Assembly: GCA_009914755.4 (NCBI GenBank)
Contig: CP086569.2
Span: 29,760,001-29,824,000, forward strand
Direction of reading: 5' to 3'
Source of the DNA: the human T2T-CHM13v2.0 reference genome, Homo sapiens
Length of the DNA stretch: 64,000 bases
Made by a program: the position numbers and the translations under genes. Below, piece by piece: positions 56,998 to 64,000 of the stretch. The notes beneath the pieces were generated by a model, which was not told where the DNA came from, searched no databases, and was given only the letters and a program-made list of their open reading frames with translations. How positions within the stretch are numbered: the first letter of the stretch is position 1; every line of letters starts with the position of its first letter.

Positions 56998-59900
56998 TGA
57001 AATGGAATGGAATAGAAAGGAATGGAATGAAATGAAATGGAAAGGATTCGAATGGAATGCAATCGAATGGAATGGAATCGAAAGGAATGGAATAAAATGG
57101 AAGAAAACTGGCAAGAAATGGAATCGAAATGAATGGAGTGTTATGGAACGGACTCAAAATGAATTGAATGTAATAGAATGGAGTGGAGTGGACTCGAATA
57201 TAATGGACTGGAATGGAATGAAATCACATGGAATGGGAACGAATGGAATGGAATGGAAAGGAATGGAATCGAATGGAAAGGAATCGAATGGAAGGGAATG
57301 AAATTGAATCAACAGGAATGGAAGGGAATAGAATAGACGGTAATGGAATGGACTCGAATAGAATGGACACGAATGCTCAAATTGAATGGACTCGAATGGA
57401 ATGGAAACGAAAGGAATGTCATCGAATGGAATTGAATCGATTGGAATGAAATCGCATAGAATGGAGTGGAATCAAATGGAATTGAATCGAAAGGAAAGGA
57501 AGCGAATGGACTGAAATGAAATGGAATGGAATTGAATGGAAAGTAATGCAATGGAATAGAATGGAACGAAATTTCACGGAATGGAATCAAACTGAATGGA
57601 ATCAAATCAATGGAATCAAATCAAATGGAATGGAAAGGAATTGAATGGAGTAGATGGGATTGGATGGGATTGGAATGAAATGTACTGGAAAGGACTCGAA
57701 TTTCATGAAACGGAATGGAATGAATTGGAACGGAATGGACTCGAATGGAATGGAATGTCATGGAATGGCATCAAATGGAATGGCATCAAATGGAATGGAA
57801 TCGAATGCAATGGAAAGCTATGGAATGGAATGGAATGCATTGGAATGGAATGTCCTCTAATGGAATGGATTTGAGTGGAATGGAATCGAATATAATGGAG
57901 TCGAATGAAATGGAATTGAAAGGAATGGGATCGAATACAATGGAATATACTGGAATGTAATGTAATGAACTCGAATGTAATTGACTGGAATGGAATGTAC
58001 ATGAATGGAATGTAATCGAATGGAAAGTAATCCAATGGAATAGAATCTAATGCAATAAAATCGACTCAGATAGAGTAGAATGTAATGGAATGGAGTGCAG
58101 TGCAATGGAATGGAATGGAATGGAATGGAATGGAATGGAATGGAATGGGATGGAATGGGATGGAATGGTATGGAATGGATAGTAATGGACTGGAATGAAA
58201 TGGACTGGAAAGGAATGGACTCAAATTGAAAGGGCTCGAAAGCAATGGAGTCAAATGGAATGGTCTGGAATGGAATGAACACGAATGTAATGCAATCCAA
58301 TAGAATGGAATCGAATGGCATGGAATATAAAGAAATGGAATCGAAGAGAATGGAAACAAATGGAATGGAATTGAATGGAATGGAATTGAATGGAATGGGA
58401 ACGAATGGAGTGAAATTGTATGCAGTAGAAGGGAATAGAATGGAATGCAAGCGAAAGGAAAGGAATGGATTGGAATGGAATGGAATTCATTGGAATGGAA
58501 GGGAATGTAGTGTAATGGACAGGCCTGGAATAAAGTGGAATGCTACGGTCTCGAATGGAATAAAAATGTATGGAATGGAATGCAATGAAACGGAATCGAA
58601 TGTCATAGAATGTAATGGAATGCAAAAAAACGGAATCCAAAATCATTGACTGGAAAGGCTGGGTGTTGAAAGGAATTGACTCCAATGGAATGGAATCGAA
58701 TGGAATGGAAGTGAATAGAATCGAACTAAATCGAATGAAATGGAATTGATAGGAACGGAATGGAAAGGAATGCAATGATTTGGCATGGAATGGAATCGAA
58801 TGGCATCGAATGGAATGGAATGGAATGCAATGGAATGGAATGTATTAGAATGTAATGAACTTTAATGGAATGTACTCGAATGTATTCGACTGGAATGGAA
58901 TGTTCTGGAAGTGAATGGACTCCAATGGAATGGATTCAAAAGGAATGGAATCGTACGGAATGGAATCTAATGGAATGGAATTAAATGGAAATGAATCAAA
59001 TTGAATAGCACGGAATTGAATTGAATGGAATGGAATGCAATGGAATCTAATGAAACGGAAAGGAAAGGAATGGAATGGAATGGAATGGGCTGGAATGGAA
59101 AGGAATCGAAACGAATGGAATGGAATCGAACTGAAGAGACTGGAATGGAATGCACTGGAATGGAAGGGAGTGTAATGGAAGGTTCTCGAAAAAAATGGAA
59201 TCGAATGGAATGGAATTGAATGGAACGGAATAGAGTCGAATGGAATTGAATGGAATGGAATGGACTAGAGTGAAATGGAATCGAACCACAAGGAATGGAC
59301 AGGAATAGAATGGTCTCGAATTGAATGGAATCGTATGGAATGGCATCAAACGGAATGGAATGGACAGCCACGGAATGGAATGCACTCGAATGCAATGGAG
59401 TCGAAACTAACGGACTGGAATAGAATGGACTCGACTGGTACGGACTCCAATGGAATGGAATCGAATGGAAGGGAATCGAACGGAAGGGAATCGAACGGAA
59501 TGGACTCGAAGGGAAAAGACTGCAATGGAAAGGTCTCGAATGGAATGGAAATTAATGGAATGGAATGGAATCGAATGAAATGGAGTCAAAAGGAATGGAA
59601 TCGAATGGCAAGAAATCGAATGTAATGGAATCGCAAGGAATTGATGTGAACGGAACGGAATGGAATGGAATCCAAAGTAATGGAATAGAATGGAATGGAA
59701 TCGAATGGAAAGGACTCAAATGGAAATCACTCGAATAGAATGCAATTTAATAAAATAGGATCAAATGTAATGGAATGGAATGGAAAGGAATCGAAACGAA
59801 AGGAATGGAGACAGATGGAATGGAATGGAACAGAGAGCAATGGTATAGAATGGAATGGAATCATCTAGAATGGAATTGAATGGAATGGAATAATATGAAA

Positions 59901-60566
59901 TGGAATGGAATGGAATGGAATGGAATGGAATGCCCTTGAATTAAATGGACTGGAAACGAATGGACTCGAAGAGAGTGGAATGGAAAGTGTTGAGATAGAA
60001 TGGAATGGACTCCTTTGGAATGGTGTAGTATGCAATTCAATCGACTGGCAGGGAATCAAAAGGAATGTAATCGAATGGATTGTACTGGAATGCGATGGAC
60101 TCGAATAGATTGGAAACGGAATGCAAAGGAATGGAATGGAATAGTATGGAATGGAATGGAAAGGAATGGAGTGGAATAGACTAGAGTGGAATGGAATGGA
60201 CTGGAACGCAATGGACTGGAATGGAACTTTCTTGAATGGACTGGAATCAAACGGAATGGAATGCAATGCAATCAAATGGCATGGAATAACATAGAATGAA
60301 AGAGAATCAAATGGAATTGAATCGAATGGAATCGAATGGATTGGAAAGGAATAGAATGGAATGGAATGGAATTGACTCAAATGGAGTGGACTAGAATGGA
60401 ATGGATTCGAATGGAAGGCAAAGGAATGGAATCTATTGGAATGGACTGTAATGGAATGGAATGGAAGGGATTGCAATGGACTCGAATGGAATGGACTGCA
60501 ATAGAAAGGATTCGAATGGAATGAAAAAGAATTGAATGGAATAGAACAGAATGGAATCAAATCGAA
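56998..60566 (+). repeat. HOR unit 17 (3569 bp); unit 13/14/17 sub-family
   Basis: Anchor motif at 56998 and 60567; the 15-bp duplication lies at 59467–59496. Confidence 0.9.
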
Positions 60567-62970
60567 TGAAATGGAATGGAATAGAAAGGAATGGAATGAA
60601 ATGGAATGGAAAGGATTCGAATGGAATGCAATCGAATGGAATGGAATCGAACGGAATGGAATAAAATGGAAGAAAACTGGCAAGAAATGGAATCGAAAGG
60701 AATGGAGTGTTATGGAACGGACTCAAAAGGAATTGAATGTAATAGAATGGAGTGGAGTGGACTCGAATATAATGGACTGGAATGGAATGAAATCACATGG
60801 AATGGGAACGAATGGAATGGAATGGAAAGGAATGGAATCGAATGGAAAGGAATCGAATGGAAGGGAATGAAATTGAATCAACAGGAATGGAAGGGAATAG
60901 AATAGACGGTAATGGAATGGACTCGAATAGAATGGACACGAATGCTCAAATTGAATGGACTCGAATGGAATGGAAACGAAAGGAATGTCATCGAATGGAA
61001 TTGAATCGATTGGAATGAAATCGCATAGAATGGAGTGGAATCAAATGGAATTGAATCGAAAGGAAAGGAAGCAAATGGACTGAAATGAAATGGAATGGAA
61101 TTGAATGGAAAGTAATGCAATGGAATAGAATGGAACGAAATTTCACGGAATGGAATCAAACTGAATGGAATCAAATCAATGGAATCAAATCAAATGGAAT
61201 GGAAAGGAATTGAATGGAGTAGATTGGATTGGATGGGATTGGAATGAAATGTACTGGAAAGGACTCGAATTTCATGAAACGGAATGGAATGAATTGGAAC
61301 GGAATGGACTCGAATGGATTCGACTGGAATGGAATGTTCTGGAAGTGAATGGACTCCAATGGAATGGATTCAAAAGGAATGGAATCGTACGGAATGGAAT
61401 CTAATGGAATGGAATTAAATGGAAATGAATCAAATTGAATAGCACGGAATTGAATTGAATGGAATGGAATGCAATGGAATCTAATGAAACGGAAAGGAAA
61501 GGAATGGAATGGAATGGAATGGGCTGGAATGGAAAGGAATCGAAACGAATGGAATGGAATCGAACTGAAGAGACTGGAATGGAATGCACTGGAATGGAAG
61601 GGAGTGTAATGGAAGGTTCTCGAAAAAAATGGAATCGAATGGAATGGAATTGAATGGAACGGAATAGAGTCGAATGGAATTGAATGGAATGGAATGGACT
61701 AGAGTGAAATGGAATCGAACCACAAGGAATGGACAGGAATAGAATGGTCTCGAATTGAATGGAATCGTATGGAATGGCATCAAACGGAATGGAATGGACA
61801 GCCACAGAATGGAATGCACTCGAATGCAATGGAGTCGAAACTAATGGACTGGAATAGAATGGACTCGACTGGTACGGACTCCAATGGAATGGAATCGAAT
61901 GGAAGGGAATCGAACGGAATGGACTCGAAGGGAAAAGACTGCAATGGAAAGGTCTCGAATGGAATGGAAATAAATGGAATGGAATGGAATCGAATGCAAT
62001 GGAGTCAAAAGGAATGGAATCGAATGGCAAGAAATCGAATGTAATGGAATCGCAAGGAATTGATGTGAACGGAACGGAATGGAATGGAATCCAAAGGAAT
62101 GGAATAGAATGGAATGGAATCGAATGGAAAGGACTCGAATGGAAATCACTCGAATAGAATGCAATTTAATAAAATAGGATCAAATGTAATGGAATGGAAT
62201 GGAAAGGAATCGAAACGAAAGGAATGGAGACAGATGGAATGGAATGGAACAGAGAGCAATGGTATAGAATGGAATGGAATCATCTGGAATGGAATTGAAT
62301 GGAATGGAATAATATGAAATGGAATGGAATGGAATGGAATGGAATGCCCTTGAATTAAATGGACTGGACTCGAACAGAGTGGAATGGAAAGTGTTGAGAT
62401 AGAATGGAATGGACTCCTTTGGAATGGTCTAGTATGCAATGCAATCGACTGGCAGGGAATCAAAAGGAATGTAATGGAATGGATTAGACTGGAATGCAAT
62501 GGACTCGAATAGATTGGAAACGGAATGCAAAGGAATGGAATGGAATAGTATGGAATGCAATGGAAGGGAATGGAGTGGAATAGACTAGAGTGGAATGGAA
62601 TGGACTGGAAAGCAATGGACTGGAATGGAAATTTCTTGGATGGACTGTAATCAAACGGAATGGAATGCAATGCAATCAAATGGCATGGAATAAAATAGAA
62701 TGAAAGAGAATCAAATGGAATTGAATCGAATGTAATCGAATGGATTGGAAAGGAATAGAATGGAATGGAATGGAATTGACTCAAATGGAATGGACTAGAA
62801 TGGAATGGATTCGAATGGAAGGCAAAGGAATGGAATCTATTGGAATGGACTGTAATGGAATGGAATGGAAGGGATTGGAATGGACTCGAATGGAATGGAC
62901 TGCAATAGAAAGGATTCGAATGGAATGAAAAAGAATTGAATGGAATAGAACAGAATGGAATCAAATCGAA
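60567..62970 (+). repeat. HOR unit 18, truncated to 2404 bp by an internal ~1.1–1.2-kb deletion (junction at ~61309–61320), plus smaller deletions (e.g. 10 bp at ~62365)
   Basis: Anchor motif at 60567 and 62971. The sequence jumps from ...ggaacggaatggactcgaatgga straight to ttcgactggaatggaatgttctggaagtg. In full units these two segments are ~1135 bp apart (e.g. 57739 and 58874 in unit 17). Confidence 0.85.
61309..61320 (+). other. Deletion junction with 11–12 bp of microhomology (actcgaatgga[t]) that removed ~1.1–1.2 kb of unit 18
   Basis: The same motif actcgaatgga occurs at both the left and right breakpoints in intact units (e.g. 57739–57749 and 58874–58882 in unit 17). Confidence 0.75.
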
Positions 62971-64000
62971 TGAAATGGAATGGAATAGAAAGGAATGGAA
63001 TGAAATGGAATGGAAAGGATTCGAATGGAATGCAATCGAATGGAATGGAATCGAACGGAATGGAATAAAATGGAAGAAAACTGGCAAGAAATGGAATCGA
63101 AATGAATGGAGTGTTATGGAACGGAATCAAAAGGAATTGAATGTAATAGAATGGAGTGGAGTGGACTCGAATATAATGGACTGGAATGGAATGAAATCAC
63201 ATGGAATGGGAACGAATGGAATGGAATGGAAAGGAATGGAATCGAATGGAAAGGAATCGAATGGAAGGGAATGAAATTGAATCAACAGGAATGGAAGGGA
63301 ATAGAATAGACTGTAATGGAATGGACTCGGATAGAATGGACACGAATGCTCAAATTAAATGGACTCGAATGGAATGGAAACGAAAGGAATGTCATCGAAT
63401 GGAATTGAATCGATTGGAATGAAATCGCATAGAATGGAGTGGAATCAAATGGAATTGAATCGAAAGGAAAGGAAGCGAATGGACTGAAATGAAATGGAAT
63501 GGAATTGAATGGAAAGTAATTCAATGGAATAGAATGGAACGAAATTTCACGGAATGGAATCAAACTGAATGGAATCAAATCAATGGAATCAAATCAAATG
63601 GAATGGAAAGGAATTGAATGGAGTAGATTGGATTGGATGGGATTGGAATGAAATGTACTGGAAAGGACTCGAATTTCATGAAAAGGAATGGAATGAATTG
63701 GAACGGAATGGACTCGAATGGAATGGAATGTCATGGGATGGCATCAAAGGGAATGGCATCAAATGGAAGGGAATCGAATGCAATGGAATGCTATGGAATG
63801 GAATGGAAAGCATTGGAATGGAATGTCCTCTAATGGAATGGATTCGAGTGGAATGGAATTGAATATAATGGAGTCGAATGAAATGGAATTGAAAGGAATG
63901 GGATCGAATACAATGGAATATACTGGAATGTAACGTAATGAACTCGAATGTAATTGACTGGAATGGAATGTACATGAATGGAATGTAATCGAATGGAAAG
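62971..64000 (+). repeat. HOR unit 19, partial (first ~1030 bp; the window ends inside the unit)
   Basis: Anchor motif at 62971; the ORF set matches the start of the other units. Confidence 0.9.

Larger units (their letters stand above)
1..64000 (+). repeat. Satellite III / (GGAAT)n pentameric satellite array, uniformly oriented across the whole window (GGAAT-rich strand is +), organised as a ~3.56-kb higher-order repeat
   Basis: Direct reading: the sequence is dominated by tggaatggaatggaatg runs and diverged pentamers (cgaat, ggaaa, gcaat, ggact). Every ORF in the track recurs at a ~3564–3569 bp offset. No non-satellite segment is visible anywhere. Confidence 0.95.

Noticed and set aside
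1-64000. Possibility that the window is a prokaryotic or viral accessory region containing a novel system, as the task framing suggests.
   Set aside because: - There are no unique-sequence genes, no intergenic or promoter architecture, and no tRNA, rRNA or CRISPR repeat–spacer structure.
- Here the 'repeats' are contiguous with no unique spacers.
- 100% of the sequence is a eukaryotic pentameric satellite HOR.

Overview
The whole 64-kb window is human-type satellite III / (GGAAT)n pentameric satellite DNA. It is arranged head-to-tail as a ~3.56-kb higher-order repeat (HOR).

- **Array structure:** there are 17 full-length HOR copies of 3539–3579 bp (units 1–17), one copy shortened to 2404 bp by an internal ~1.1–1.2-kb deletion (unit 18), and one partial copy at the 3' edge (unit 19).
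- **Likely identity:** the 3564–3569-bp period, the pentamer composition, and a single HaeIII (GGCC) and EcoRI (GAATTC) site per unit match what I recall of the Y-specific DYZ1 block at Yq12. That match rests on memory, not a database search.
- **No genes:** I see no protein-coding genes, RNA genes, mobile-element insertions or CRISPR arrays. All ORFs in the six-frame track are artefacts of translating the pentamer in register (+ strand ATGGAATGG gives MEWNG…; − strand ATTCCATTC gives IPFHS…). They recur at exactly the HOR period.
- **No novel system:** nothing here supports a previously undescribed gene system.
- **What is interesting is the array's internal architecture:**
  - a ~7.1-kb dimeric super-repeat (units 6–11);
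  - a locally homogenised variant block (units 13–17);
  - slippage-type indels in multiples of 5 bp;
  - one microhomology-mediated 1.1–1.2-kb deletion;
  - loss of the diagnostic HaeIII site in one unit.
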